The notes under the pieces are model-generated. The model had not been told where the DNA came from, made no database searches, and worked only from the letters and a program-made list of their open reading frames with translations. Positions 8,171 to 16,460 of a stretch of 51,730 nucleotides of DNA are shown here, piece after piece. The first letter of the stretch is position 1, and every line of letters starts with the position of its first letter. This stretch comes from a virus. Where the stretch lies: positions 1 to 51,730 of IMG/VR virus record IMGVR_UViG_3300025678_000004. The stretch is one strand, 5' to 3'. The translations under genes were made by a program, and so were the position numbers.

Positions 8171-8731
8171 TCACACCCGGAAAAATGCCCCTGATACCAG
8201 AGCATCAATGTTCCTGTCAAGCCATTCCTCACACTTCTTAAAATCAACCTTATACACCGGGCACAACGGGCTCCGCCGTTTCAGGTGAGACACGCGGCAC
8301 ATCACATAATCAAACTGGGACCCTTTCGTAACCCGGCAATAACACCATTCACGGTCAAGCGTCATCCCTAACTGAACAAGATACCGACGGTTTACCTGAT
8401 ACCGGGTGTTCTGGTGAGTGTCACGCCGATACGGTTCAAACTGGATGATCGTCTCCTCATAAAACCTATACAGCAATTCCTGTGACAACCGCCACATCTG
8501 TTTCGCCGGTTTCCCCGTCCGTGAACCAACCTTCACCATATACCCGATATACCGGGCACGACGGACACAAAACCCCTTCGCAGTACACACATCATCAAAA
8601 TCAGATGCCGTAAACAGACCCCCGCGAAACCGCTCATACACCGCACGCAAAACGTCAGTCTCTTCCGCGGTTGCTTCATATAACCGCGACTTTATAGTCA
8701 GAACATCGGAACGAAACCCGTTATACGTCAT
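8171..8731 (-). CDS. Hypothetical protein
   Basis: 186-aa ORF on the dominant strand with purine-rich coding strand composition like its neighbours. Confidence 0.55.
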   Translation of the reverse strand: MTYNGFRSDVLTIKSRLYEATAEETDVLRAVYERFRGGLFTASDFDDVCTAKGFCVRRARYIGYMVKVGSRTGKPAKQMWRLSQELLYRFYEETIIQFEPYRRDTHQNTRYQVNRRYLVQLGMTLDREWCYCRVTKGSQFDYVMCRVSHLKRRSPLCPVYKVDFKKCEEWLDRNIDALVSGAFFRV

Positions 8732-8734
8732 GCA

Positions 8735-9049
8735 TTACTCCTCTCTCGTAGGACACAGCCCGTATACCAACTCACCTATCTTCACAACCAGTATCGGACC
8801 TACCCGGGGATGCTCAACCATCTGAACCCGGACATCAACATGGGACCCGCGTTTAAAATCACCTTTGTGACGCTTATACAACTCATTCGCAAACTTCAAA
8901 AACGCTCTCGCACGATACGTCTGGTCCACAGCAACAGGACACCCGGACAAACACGTGCCGACAAACTTCTCCGAAAAAACACCAGATACATGAGAAATAC
9001 CATCAAACTCAAAGTCATCATCGAAAACATTCAATCTATCCCCTCCCAC
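8735..9049 (-). CDS. Hypothetical protein
   Basis: 104-aa ORF, tightly packed with its neighbours. Confidence 0.5.
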   Translation of the reverse strand: MGGDRLNVFDDDFEFDGISHVSGVFSEKFVGTCLSGCPVAVDQTYRARAFLKFANELYKRHKGDFKRGSHVDVRVQMVEHPRVGPILVVKIGELVYGLCPTREE

Positions 9050-9357
9050 GGCAACGTCACATACTTGCTCGGATTGTCATACCGCACGCAATGCCACTCA
9101 CATTCCTCAAAAAACTCAAACAACTCCTTCCCAAACCATACCTTCGGGACCTTGATACTCCTCGCATTCAGACTCTCATCAAACGCCTCACCAGCATTGC
9201 CCTCCGTTGTGACTGGGGAGACCCGGTGGTTCTGGTAATACCGGCACCGCTTCTCCGAACAGATGTCCCTGTTCCTGTGCCTGTTATACGCAGGACACCA
9301 GGGACCAGGTTTCGAACCCTCCAATACACGATACCCACCATGGTCACCGGCCATCAT
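9031..9357 (-). CDS. Hypothetical Cys-rich protein
   Basis: Likely start is MMAGDHGGY at 9357, overlapping the RHH ORF stop. The tracked start at 9387 would overlap the RHH ORF out of frame. Confidence 0.5.
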   Translation of the reverse strand: MMAGDHGGYRVLEGSKPGPWCPAYNRHRNRDICSEKRCRYYQNHRVSPVTTEGNAGEAFDESLNARSIKVPKVWFGKELFEFFEECEWHCVRYDNPSKYVTLPWEGID

Positions 9358-9481
9358 TCGTCTCCCGGACATAATCATCATATACATCCATCAGCCGCTC
9401 AAACAATGCACTCCATGATTCACGCGGACGTTTCAACTTCTCTCCACGACGATACGTCTCTTCATGCAAATTCACTTGCAT
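9344..9481 (-). CDS. Ribbon-helix-helix (CopG/Arc-like) DNA-binding protein, first gene of the leftward arm
   Basis: Hand-translated 45 aa: MQVNLHEETYRRGEKLKRPRESWSALFERLMDVYDDYVRETNDGR. The pattern is a beta-strand followed by two helices. A TATA-like CATAAATACA lies about 25 nt upstream, suggesting a leaderless transcript. It is below the ORF-track size cutoff. Confidence 0.5.
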   Translation of the reverse strand: MQVNLHEETYRRGEKLKRPRESWSALFERLMDVYDDYVRETNDGR

Positions 9482-9501
9482 ACATAATCATTCAACTTCT
9501 A

Positions 9502-9531
9502 TGTATTTATGTGTATTCATTTGTATTTATG
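9502..9531 (-). promoter_or_regulatory. Two direct copies of TGTATTTATG (minus strand CATAAATACA), a TATA-like pair upstream of the RHH gene
   Basis: Copies at 9502-9511 and 9522-9531, 20 bp apart. The proximal copy is centred about 25 nt from ATG 9481. Confidence 0.4.
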
Positions 9532-9668
9532 ATCGATTTTTTTGAAAATTTTTGTGTGAAGGGCTCAGCCCCTTCCCTTTGACGCTGTCGTGATGCTTTG
9601 TGCTGGAGGTGCACGTGCCACCAGCGTCTGGGCACCACGATTTATTCATTCAAGCACTGGTGATCAGC

Positions 9669-9866
9669 ATGACAGCAATGCCAGATCTTAACAAGCCAGC
9701 ATTCAGAGCAATGCCCAAGGCAGCACAGCGAGTCAAACAACACCTCTGCCCATGTTGTGGCAAGCCAGTAGGAGAGTTCAGAGATGAGTTATCCAAGCGT
9801 GAGTATAGCATCAGTGGCATGTGCCAGGCATGTCAGGATTCAGTCTTCGGACTTTCGGAAGAATAG
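9669..9866 (+). CDS. Zinc-ribbon protein (solitary transcription unit)
   Basis: MTAMPDLNK...CPCCGKP...MCQACQD. GGTGA lies 5 nt upstream of ATG 9669, and the tracked GTG 9600 start lacks a Shine-Dalgarno motif. It is followed by a T8 tract. Confidence 0.55.
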   Translation: MTAMPDLNKPAFRAMPKAAQRVKQHLCPCCGKPVGEFRDELSKREYSISGMCQACQDSVFGLSEE

Positions 9867-9904
9867 TCTGGAGAAGCACGGAGCCGATGACGACTAATCT
9901 ATTC

Positions 9905-9912
9905 TTTTTTTT
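9905..9912 (+). terminator. Oligo-T (T8) tract
   Basis: TTTTTTTT lies about 40 nt after the stop of the 9669..9866 gene. Confidence 0.4.
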
Positions 9913-10412
9913 ATCATTCCGGGGCAGTATCTCCATCTCCATACCCCCCCAATAATAATTGTTGCAATCCATCATAGGTGCCGCAGCAATTATTAAATAC
10001 TTTGAATCATAATTAATGATCTAAGTACTATTGTGATGATGAATGGTGATTAGTGGTGGATCAATGATGGATCAGTGAATTTTGATGACTGATACATTCA
10101 ATAATCATCATATAAATATCACGGAGGGGGGATGATGATAATAAACAATAATTATCATCTATTTTTGAATAAATAATCAATAAAATCAATATTTTATTTT
10201 AATTAAATACATTCATAATTCTCCAGTTGAAATCAAGGTATATATACATACATTTCCACTGCATGTATACCCAAATTCACACTGTGAATTCAATGTATTT
10301 TTTTGTTAAAATAAATATTGATTCCTTACCCTGATTAATTCTTTTTTATTATATTGAGCCAGGATGCACCTATCACCGTACACGTCCCTGCCCTGGCTCA
10401 AAGGAGGTAATT
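9913..10412. promoter_or_regulatory. About 500-bp AT-rich non-coding control region at the head of the rightward arm (candidate origin and/or early promoter/operator field)
   Basis: There is no credible ORF. Elements seen: a 12-bp-arm inverted repeat at 9954-9965/9983-9994 (1 mismatch); tandem 11-bp repeats GGATCAATGAT/GGATCAGTGAA at 10058-10079; ATCATCAT/ATGATGAT inverted pair near 10094-10140; a 17-bp palindrome at 10274-10290; and a 9-bp-stem hairpin at 10355-10363/10392-10400 just before the GGAGGT Shine-Dalgarno motif. Confidence 0.5.
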
Positions 10413-10553
10413 ATGCAAATCCAGGATGAAGAGTGGTATTGGAACGGAGAAATCCTAAGAATAGATAAAGAAAAAAAGAAGGTGGAATTACCAGATTCCA
10501 TCGAGAGATATGAACAGTTCTTATGGTGGGATCGTGAAGGCAGTATACTGTGA
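10413..10553 (+). CDS. Hypothetical small protein (46 aa)
   Basis: A strong Shine-Dalgarno motif (AAAGGAGGTAATT) precedes the ATG. Hand translation: MQIQDEEWYWNGEILRIDKEKKKVELPDSIERYEQFLWWDREGSIL. Confidence 0.55.
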   Translation: MQIQDEEWYWNGEILRIDKEKKKVELPDSIERYEQFLWWDREGSIL

Positions 10554-10677
10554 CTGGTGTTTCACAAAAATGACTTACAGAACAGTATCGTTTGAAGACT
10601 TAAGCCGGGAACAGGTAAAAGTCTACAAATGCAAAAATTGCGGATATCGCAGAGTGATAAAACATGAAAGCAATTGA
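10510..10677 (+). CDS. Zinc-ribbon protein (55 aa)
   Basis: The hand translation contains CDWC...CKNC. It overlaps both neighbours in alternative frames. Confidence 0.45.
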   Translation: MNSSYGGIVKAVYCDWCFTKMTYRTVSFEDLSREQVKVYKCKNCGYRRVIKHESN

Positions 10678-10801
10678 ATTTCTAACAATGTGGGATATTA
10701 TGCATCCCGAAGAATCAGAAGACGAAAACGGGTCATTCTGGGACGACCTTGTATGGAAAGACGGGCAAATGTTACATTACAGCCCAAATCTGGTGATATA
10801 A
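10664..10801 (+). CDS. Hypothetical acidic small protein (45 aa)
   Basis: MKAIEFLTMWDIMHPEESEDENGSFWDDLVWKDGQMLHYSPNLVI. The stop overlaps the next ATG (TAATG). Confidence 0.45.
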   Translation: MKAIEFLTMWDIMHPEESEDENGSFWDDLVWKDGQMLHYSPNLVI

Positions 10802-11031
10802 TGTTATACAATGTCCAACCACATTCAAAAAAAGGAAAAAAAATGGACGAATACATGCTGCTACACGCAGTATGTGACATGACAGCAGACTGGGAATGCG
10901 AAGAACAAGAATGTAAAAATTGCCCATGGAACTGGAAAATCCTGGAATACAATCTCTGTATTCTGGAAATACTAAAAGACATAGGGTATTCAACATTCGA
11001 CCCGGAGGAAAAAAATGAAACTCCAGTATAA
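10801..11031 (+). CDS. Cys-rich small protein (76 aa)
   Basis: MLYNVQPHSKKGKKMDEY...CDMTADWECEEQECKNCPWNW. The N-terminal part of tracked ORF 10690..11031 is better explained by the separate upstream ORF. Confidence 0.5.
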   Translation: MLYNVQPHSKKGKKMDEYMLLHAVCDMTADWECEEQECKNCPWNWKILEYNLCILEILKDIGYSTFDPEEKNETPV

Positions 11032-11440
11032 ACTAGCACTTTCGGGGACAGTATTAATGACACTCATCTGTATGGCTGTATCATACGGAACAATGTATGA
11101 AGTTGCAATGATGCATCAGATACCTGCTGCGGAGCTCTTCCCAGTTGCAATTGATGGAAGCATGGCGCTCGCCATGTTCGTACGGGTATACTTCTCAAAA
11201 ATCGGCAAACCAAGCCGGGAAACGCTGCTCATAATGGGCTTCTTCACGCTCACGAGCATCCTTGTAAATGCTGTGGCAGCACAAAACGCCCTCGAAGTAT
11301 ACCTGTTCTCAATCGCACCAATCGGGGTATTCAGTTCAACAGAATTATCGGCGCTAATCATCGAAAAGCAGCCAGTTGAAAAGAAAACCAGGAAGCCAAC
11401 CCGGGCACCAAATGGCAAATTCACAAAGGAAGTGGAATAA
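11015..11440 (+). CDS. Multi-pass membrane protein, DUF2637-like
   Basis: GGAGG lies 7 nt upstream. There are three or four hydrophobic helices. AVSYGTMYEVAMMHQIPAAELFPVAIDGSMALAMFV resembles the DUF2637 signature (S..L..LA.....A.L.P...DG). The tail is basic. Confidence 0.4.
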   Translation: MKLQYKLALSGTVLMTLICMAVSYGTMYEVAMMHQIPAAELFPVAIDGSMALAMFVRVYFSKIGKPSRETLLIMGFFTLTSILVNAVAAQNALEVYLFSIAPIGVFSSTELSALIIEKQPVEKKTRKPTRAPNGKFTKEVE

Positions 11441-11854
11441 ATGGTAAGACCAGAACCAATCAGCCCAGAACGCCCAGAACAGAACGACGAATACAAGTTT
11501 GAACTCATTAAAGCAATGGGAGTTGCCATTGCAGCAATCGCAAAAGAGAAATCAGTGTTCATCACTGATGCTGAAGTCAAGCGAAATTCGGACGACTACT
11601 GGGAACTTGAAATCAAGGCAGTAGTCCCGAAAGACAAAGACGCCGGGATAAAATATAACAATCAACTCCGGCAATACTGGAAAGACCTCTCATTATGGGA
11701 GCAGGAATTGTATTGTGAAAAATTCGGTATAACCGAAGAACAATACAAAGAAACTTGTGAGAAATACTTACAGTATTGCCGAGATACAGATTACAGAACC
11801 CGCATGGAAAAAATGCAATTCTTTGAATCCAAACACCCCATTTCAATCCCATAA
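11441..11854 (+). CDS. Hypothetical protein
   Basis: 137 aa. The start abuts the upstream stop (TAAATG). Confidence 0.55.
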   Translation: MVRPEPISPERPEQNDEYKFELIKAMGVAIAAIAKEKSVFITDAEVKRNSDDYWELEIKAVVPKDKDAGIKYNNQLRQYWKDLSLWEQELYCEKFGITEEQYKETCEKYLQYCRDTDYRTRMEKMQFFESKHPISIP

Positions 11855-11875
11855 CCCATCATAGAGGTGGCATAA

Positions 11876-12784
11876 ATGGCTAAATTCACAGCAAATGCAT
11901 ACAATCCACGGGAAAAAGAATTCATCCCCATGGATGAACTCATCGAAACAACTCGTTTTAATGAACTCACAACAGCAATAAAAGTGCCTCTTTACAAACA
12001 GCACACAGATAAAGACCAAAGAACGTATTACGACCAGAGCAAATGGTTTTCTATAATATGCCAGGGAAAGGAAGTCAATTCAGTTGGACCAAACTATGAC
12101 CTCATCCAGCACCAGGATGCATTTATCCAAGTCATTGATACCCTGAATAAAGCAGGAATAACCATGCAAGGAAGAATCAATGATTATGGCAAAGTTGCAT
12201 GGATGGACATGATATTCGAAAACCTGAAAATCCAGGATCCAACAGGTTCAGATATCAACCTCGGATACTCTGTTCGTTCAGGATATGCATATCATGGGCT
12301 AAACATCTTTCCATACGCAGTAAGAAGCATCTGTAGCAATGGATGTATCTTTAACCAGACTCCTAAACTCCAAGGACTCATGGACACAATAAACGTGTCC
12401 CATGTTGGAGATGCAGCAAGAAGACTTGCAATCAAAATGCAAGGACTATTACAGGACACCATCAAAGTAAAAGGAGTATTCCTGGAAATGTTCAACCGTG
12501 CAAACGGAGAATTCTTTAGATTCAGTTCAGAAAAAGAACTTGAATTAACTATTGCAAGTTATGGAATCAGCGAAAAACAAATAAAACAAGCACTAAACAG
12601 AGGAACCATCAATCTCGAAAATTGTTCCAGATACGAGTTATACAACTGTTTGACAGAATACGCCACATGGGGGCAACTATCACCAGGACTGTATGAATCA
12701 ATCCAAAATGCTGGAAACAAACTCTTAAATGAGTCATATGAACACACAATCGATAGAATAAAACAAACAGCACAGGTAGCATAA
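11876..12784 (+). CDS. DUF932-like protein (phage/plasmid family)
   Basis: GAGGTGG Shine-Dalgarno motif. VGPNYDLIQHQDAFIQVIDTL and AVRSICSNGCIF resemble the conserved Y..QN.eaF and R.vC.NG blocks of DUF932. Confidence 0.5.
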   Translation: MAKFTANAYNPREKEFIPMDELIETTRFNELTTAIKVPLYKQHTDKDQRTYYDQSKWFSIICQGKEVNSVGPNYDLIQHQDAFIQVIDTLNKAGITMQGRINDYGKVAWMDMIFENLKIQDPTGSDINLGYSVRSGYAYHGLNIFPYAVRSICSNGCIFNQTPKLQGLMDTINVSHVGDAARRLAIKMQGLLQDTIKVKGVFLEMFNRANGEFFRFSSEKELELTIASYGISEKQIKQALNRGTINLENCSRYELYNCLTEYATWGQLSPGLYESIQNAGNKLLNESYEHTIDRIKQTAQVA

Positions 12785-13399
12785 ATGACAGAACTAACCC
12801 CGCTCACACTTTGGACACAACATCCAATGTCCAAAGGAGGAAAAATGAGTGGTATGTGGAGTTGGGGAAACACATCCCCACTTGCCAACGAATTCTGCAT
12901 GAAAAAATGCACATTCACAAACCATTGCTACGCAAAAAGGCTGGTAATGGTAAGACCCAATGTGCACAGAGCATACCAAAGAAATGCAGAAATACTAAGC
13001 AAGCCAATCCCAGAAGAGTTGCTCTCATGGGCTCCACTAGGAAGCCACAGAATACAGGCATTCGGCGAGTTAATAAACGAACACCACTGGAGAAACGTTG
13101 TATTACTTGCAACATTAAACCCAGGGAAAAAGTTCACCATCTGGACAAAACGATATGAAGATATCATAAAACCATCCAGATGGAAAATACCAGAGAATCT
13201 TCAGATAATCATATCAGGAGATTATCTCAGCAATGAGATAAAATCTGAAGAATTCCCAACTTTTTTGGTATCAAACGAGCCGCCAAAAAAACCATACATC
13301 AAATGTAACGGGAAATGCATCTCCTGCCAGTACTGCTATGGATGGAGCAGATACGCAGGGCTGGATCCCGAATTACCAATATGGGAGAAACCGAAATAA
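12785..13399 (+). CDS. Hypothetical Cys-rich protein
   Basis: 204 aa with an N-terminal C..KC....HCYA cluster and a C-terminal CNGKCISCQYC cluster. Possibly Gp88-like, but I cannot support that without a search. Confidence 0.5.
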   Translation: MTELTPLTLWTQHPMSKGGKMSGMWSWGNTSPLANEFCMKKCTFTNHCYAKRLVMVRPNVHRAYQRNAEILSKPIPEELLSWAPLGSHRIQAFGELINEHHWRNVVLLATLNPGKKFTIWTKRYEDIIKPSRWKIPENLQIIISGDYLSNEIKSEEFPTFLVSNEPPKKPYIKCNGKCISCQYCYGWSRYAGLDPELPIWEKPK

Positions 13400-13511
13400 T
13401 AAAACAAATTCTTATTTTTGCAGCAATTGCCTGGATGCTTTGGCAGATTGGCAAGGTTTTCTGGGCATAGTAACGTATTTATGAACATAAAACAAAAGAA
13501 AAGGTGATTAT

Positions 13512-13877
13512 ATGGCAAAAGTAACACTTCAGTCAGTTGGAGAAGACGTTGTCGCATTCAATGACCAGGCATACTGGGTTGCAGACAATGTAAAGAGATT
13601 TCTAAACAACTTCCAACCAGGAATGGAAGTAGAATTAACAGTAAAAGAAATAAATGGAACTCCAACTGTTACATTTATCAAAAAAGCAGGAGTTCCAATT
13701 GGTGGAGACAAGCCAGCATTTCCAAAACCTGCATCTGCACCAACATCATTCCAGACACCATCCATTACAAAGAAAACAATTGATGGTGCAGCACTTCTAG
13801 CAGCAGCAATCATCGTAAAGAACGGACTCGATCCGGTTCTTGTCAAAACAGTAGCAGAACAACTACTGCAATCATAA
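13512..13877 (+). CDS. Hypothetical protein upstream of MCM
   Basis: AAGGTGA Shine-Dalgarno motif. 121 aa made of a beta-rich N-terminal half, a Pro-rich linker and a helical tail. It is followed by a T-rich tract at 13878-13894. Confidence 0.55.
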   Translation: MAKVTLQSVGEDVVAFNDQAYWVADNVKRFLNNFQPGMEVELTVKEINGTPTVTFIKKAGVPIGGDKPAFPKPASAPTSFQTPSITKKTIDGAALLAAAIIVKNGLDPVLVKTVAEQLLQS

Positions 13878-13979
13878 TTTTTATTTTTTTATTTCAGTGA
13901 TATGATATCCCTGTCAGAACCGGATATCATTTTTCAATCAGATCAAAACGCGATTTCCCTGTAAACAGGGGGTGAAATT

Positions 13980-14105
13980 ATGTTCAAATGCAGAATATGC
14001 GGAGAGAAATTTGCCAATGACATGGAATCAGAAGAGCCAAAAGTATGCATAGAATGCTATGATGAAATGCTCACAGCAGAACTGATAGCAATTGACATCA
14101 TCTGA
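13980..14105 (+). CDS. Zinc-ribbon protein (41 aa)
   Basis: GGGGGTGA Shine-Dalgarno motif. MFKCRICGEKF...VCIECYDEM has two CxxC pairs. It is preceded by the hairpin TGATATCC..GGATATCA (13901-13927). Confidence 0.5.
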   Translation: MFKCRICGEKFANDMESEEPKVCIECYDEMLTAELIAIDII

Positions 14106-14116
14106 AGGTGAACATC

Positions 14117-16066
14117 ATGACAAATATTGTGAAGTTATGGAAAGAAAACCTGGACACCGCACACAAAGGCGAAATCATTGTATTGAAAGCAGAATACCCA
14201 AAGAAATCAAGTATAACAATCAACATCAATAACACACAGAAGGAATTATTTGATGAAATTGTAAAAGACCCGATACTCGCTGAAAATGCATTATATTCAG
14301 CGCTGATGGAAGGAAAATACATCCCGGGGTGGAATGGGTCAAAACACACAATTTCAATCAGATTCATCGGGTTCCCACAAAGAATCAAAGTAAAAGACCT
14401 GAACTCAAAGCACCTGGAAAAATTCACATCCATGAGAGTTGTCGTAAAGAAAATAAACAGTGTAAAACCAAGACTTGTGCATGCAGCATTCAAATGCAAC
14501 GCCTGCAAGGAAAAGATCACATATGTCCCTGTGGAAGAGGATGAAGTCGTTCCTCCGTCTGAAAAATGTCTCTGTGGTGGTAAATCATGGAGGTTCCTGC
14601 TCAGATCATCAATCAAAAAAGACTACCAGATCATCCAGGTCCAGGACCCTGCCGAAGACGGAGGAAGTTCAAAACCAGAGGTTCTCACAGTCAAACTCCT
14701 GGACGATTTATGTGGTAAAGTCCAGCCAGGAAACATCATAGTTATCAACGGTATCTATAGAGGCCAGCAGAAAAAACAGTCGGCCACATTAGATACCTAT
14801 CTGGATGCAAAATCCATTGAGATAACAAACAAAGACTTCAGCAAAATTGAAATCACAGAGGATGAAATTCGTGAATTCGAAGAACTTGCAAAAAATCCAG
14901 ATATATATGATATGTTATGGTCATCTATCGGATCAGTGGTCAAAGGATGGGAAGCAGTCAAACAAGCGATATTACTGCAGCTTCTTGGAGGGTGCGAGAA
15001 AATCACCGCGGATGGAGATCGCTTTAGGCCGGATTTCCACATCCTGTTATGTGGAGATCCATCCGTTGCTAAGTCAAAAATTCTCCGCTCTGCCTACAAC
15101 CTATGCCCCAGAGGTATTTATGCATCTGGCAAGGCTACATCAGCTGCTGGACTCACAGCGGCAGCCACAAAGGCATCAGACGGGGGATGGGAGATTGAGG
15201 CTGGTGCTGCCGTATTAGCAGACAAAGGCATGCTCATCATAGATGAGCTTGACAAAGTCGACAAGGAGGCAGTATCATCTCTCCATGAAATTCTTGAGGA
15301 ACAGATTCTCCATATCAACAAAGCAGGTATTAGTGCAGACCTTGCAACACGTGAATCCTGTCTTGCTGCAGCAAACCCGAAACGTTCACGATTTGACAAA
15401 TACCAGGACCTTGCATCCCAGGTTGCGTTCGCACCATCTCTTCTCTCACGGTTCGGTCTCATATTCCTCATGATTGACGAGCCGGACAAAACAAAAGACC
15501 GGGAGATTGCAAAGCACATCATCAACTCCCACCGGGGAGTGACTCATGAAAAACCAATTCCGATTGAGACCCTCCGGAAATACATTGCACATGCAAAACA
15601 GTCCTGTGAGCCGGAGATAACAGATGAAGCAGCACGGATGTATGAGGAGTATTATGTTAAAATAAGACATTCAAACGGAGAATCGACTATCCCTATAACA
15701 CCCAGGCAGATTGAGGATATCATCAGGATGTCAGAAGCCAGTGCAAAGACACGGCTGTCAAAATATGTTGAGCCGGTTGATGTCAGCCGTGCCATATGGA
15801 TATACGAACAGGCAATGAGAATGACTGCAACAGACCCGGGGACCGGGTCCATTGATGTGGATAAGATAACCGGAGGGATGTCATCATCAGCACGGGAAGG
15901 AATGGCAGAACTCAAGAAGTTGCGGTCTGAATTCTTTGAACAGTTCGAAAAATGGCCGTCAAAAAAGGAACTAAAAGATTATGCAATGCAGAAAGGAATG
16001 TCTGAATCATCAGCAGCATACCTTACCCGCGAATTGTGGAAAGAGATGGGACTGAATGCATATTAA
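14117..16066 (+). CDS. mcm: MCM replicative helicase
   Basis: Zn motif CNACKEK...CLCGG; Walker A LLCGDPSVAKSKIL; Walker B LIIDELDK; sensor AAANPKRSRFD; arginine finger LLSRFGLIF. AAGGTGA lies upstream of ATG 14117, and the tracked GTG 14108 lies inside that Shine-Dalgarno motif. Confidence 0.92.
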   Translation: MTNIVKLWKENLDTAHKGEIIVLKAEYPKKSSITININNTQKELFDEIVKDPILAENALYSALMEGKYIPGWNGSKHTISIRFIGFPQRIKVKDLNSKHLEKFTSMRVVVKKINSVKPRLVHAAFKCNACKEKITYVPVEEDEVVPPSEKCLCGGKSWRFLLRSSIKKDYQIIQVQDPAEDGGSSKPEVLTVKLLDDLCGKVQPGNIIVINGIYRGQQKKQSATLDTYLDAKSIEITNKDFSKIEITEDEIREFEELAKNPDIYDMLWSSIGSVVKGWEAVKQAILLQLLGGCEKITADGDRFRPDFHILLCGDPSVAKSKILRSAYNLCPRGIYASGKATSAAGLTAAATKASDGGWEIEAGAAVLADKGMLIIDELDKVDKEAVSSLHEILEEQILHINKAGISADLATRESCLAAANPKRSRFDKYQDLASQVAFAPSLLSRFGLIFLMIDEPDKTKDREIAKHIINSHRGVTHEKPIPIETLRKYIAHAKQSCEPEITDEAARMYEEYYVKIRHSNGESTIPITPRQIEDIIRMSEASAKTRLSKYVEPVDVSRAIWIYEQAMRMTATDPGTGSIDVDKITGGMSSSAREGMAELKKLRSEFFEQFEKWPSKKELKDYAMQKGMSESSAAYLTRELWKEMGLNAY

Positions 16067-16355
16067 ACCAACAGCACAGGCTTGCGCCGCCGCTGGGTGT
16101 GACAGGTTTGTTCGCCGGGTGTTGTATGGCGTCCTGATCGTTGATGTGTGTGCTGAATGTGCACTGCGCATCAACTCACTCGAATCATGCCCTCTGGCTG
16201 ACCCATATCCTGACCCAAAACCACCAAAACGGTATAAACCACAGTCTGAAACGAAGATGAAACAAAAAATAAAAAAAGCCGAAATAATAAATGCGGCACG
16301 TAAGGAGGACTATTCATCAAAAATCAAAAGGTTAAAGAAACGTTACAAAATGTAA
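16056..16355 (+). CDS. Zinc-ribbon protein with Lys-rich tail
   Basis: 99 aa overlapping the MCM end by 11 nt. It has C..AGC...VCAEC followed by KKAEIINAARKEDYSSKIKRLKKRYKM. Its last codons run into the first iteron. Confidence 0.5.
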   Translation: MHIKPTAQACAAAGCDRFVRRVLYGVLIVDVCAECALRINSLESCPLADPYPDPKPPKRYKPQSETKMKQKIKKAEIINAARKEDYSSKIKRLKKRYKM

Positions 16356-16460
16356 AGGTACCTTTACAAAATGTAAAACATACTTTACATTGTCTGACAT
16401 GTGTCTGACGGGTGTCTGACATGTAAAGTTTATTTTACATAATGTAAAAAATGTTTTACG
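16343..16460. repeat. Iteron/palindrome field (candidate replication origin)
   Basis: At least 7 copies of ATGTAAA/TTTACAT in about 110 bp. Three direct TGTCTGAC copies with 11-bp period (16391-98, 16402-09, 16413-20) are bracketed by a perfect 8-bp inverted repeat CTTTACAT/ATGTAAAG. Four AATGAT/ATCATT copies follow at 16471-16502. Confidence 0.55.

Noticed and set aside
9300-9325. GGTTCGAA-like string reminiscent of a tRNA T-arm
   Set aside because: It lies inside a coding ORF. No acceptor, D or anticodon stems can be drawn around it. I recognised no other tRNA-like cloverleaf in the window.
9560-9900. GC-richer island as an attP/integration module
   Set aside because: No integrase or recombinase is present anywhere and no tRNA-like fragment was seen. 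The island is accounted for by a small zinc-ribbon gene with its own Shine-Dalgarno motif and T-tract.
10690-10800. N-terminal extension of tracked ORF 10690..11031
   Set aside because: The Arg-rich extension (MGYYASRRIRRRKRV...) overlaps a better small ORF (10664..10801) in another frame. The downstream part starts cleanly at a TAATG junction (10801).
14098-14616. 172-aa minus-strand ORF overlapping the 5' end of mcm
   Set aside because: It is antisense to a gene with unambiguous MCM motifs and has no start context of its own.
16391-16420. Possible mini-CRISPR array
   Set aside because: The repeats are only 8 bp with 3-bp spacers (11-bp period), far too short for CRISPR. No 25-40-bp repeat/spacer periodicity was seen anywhere.
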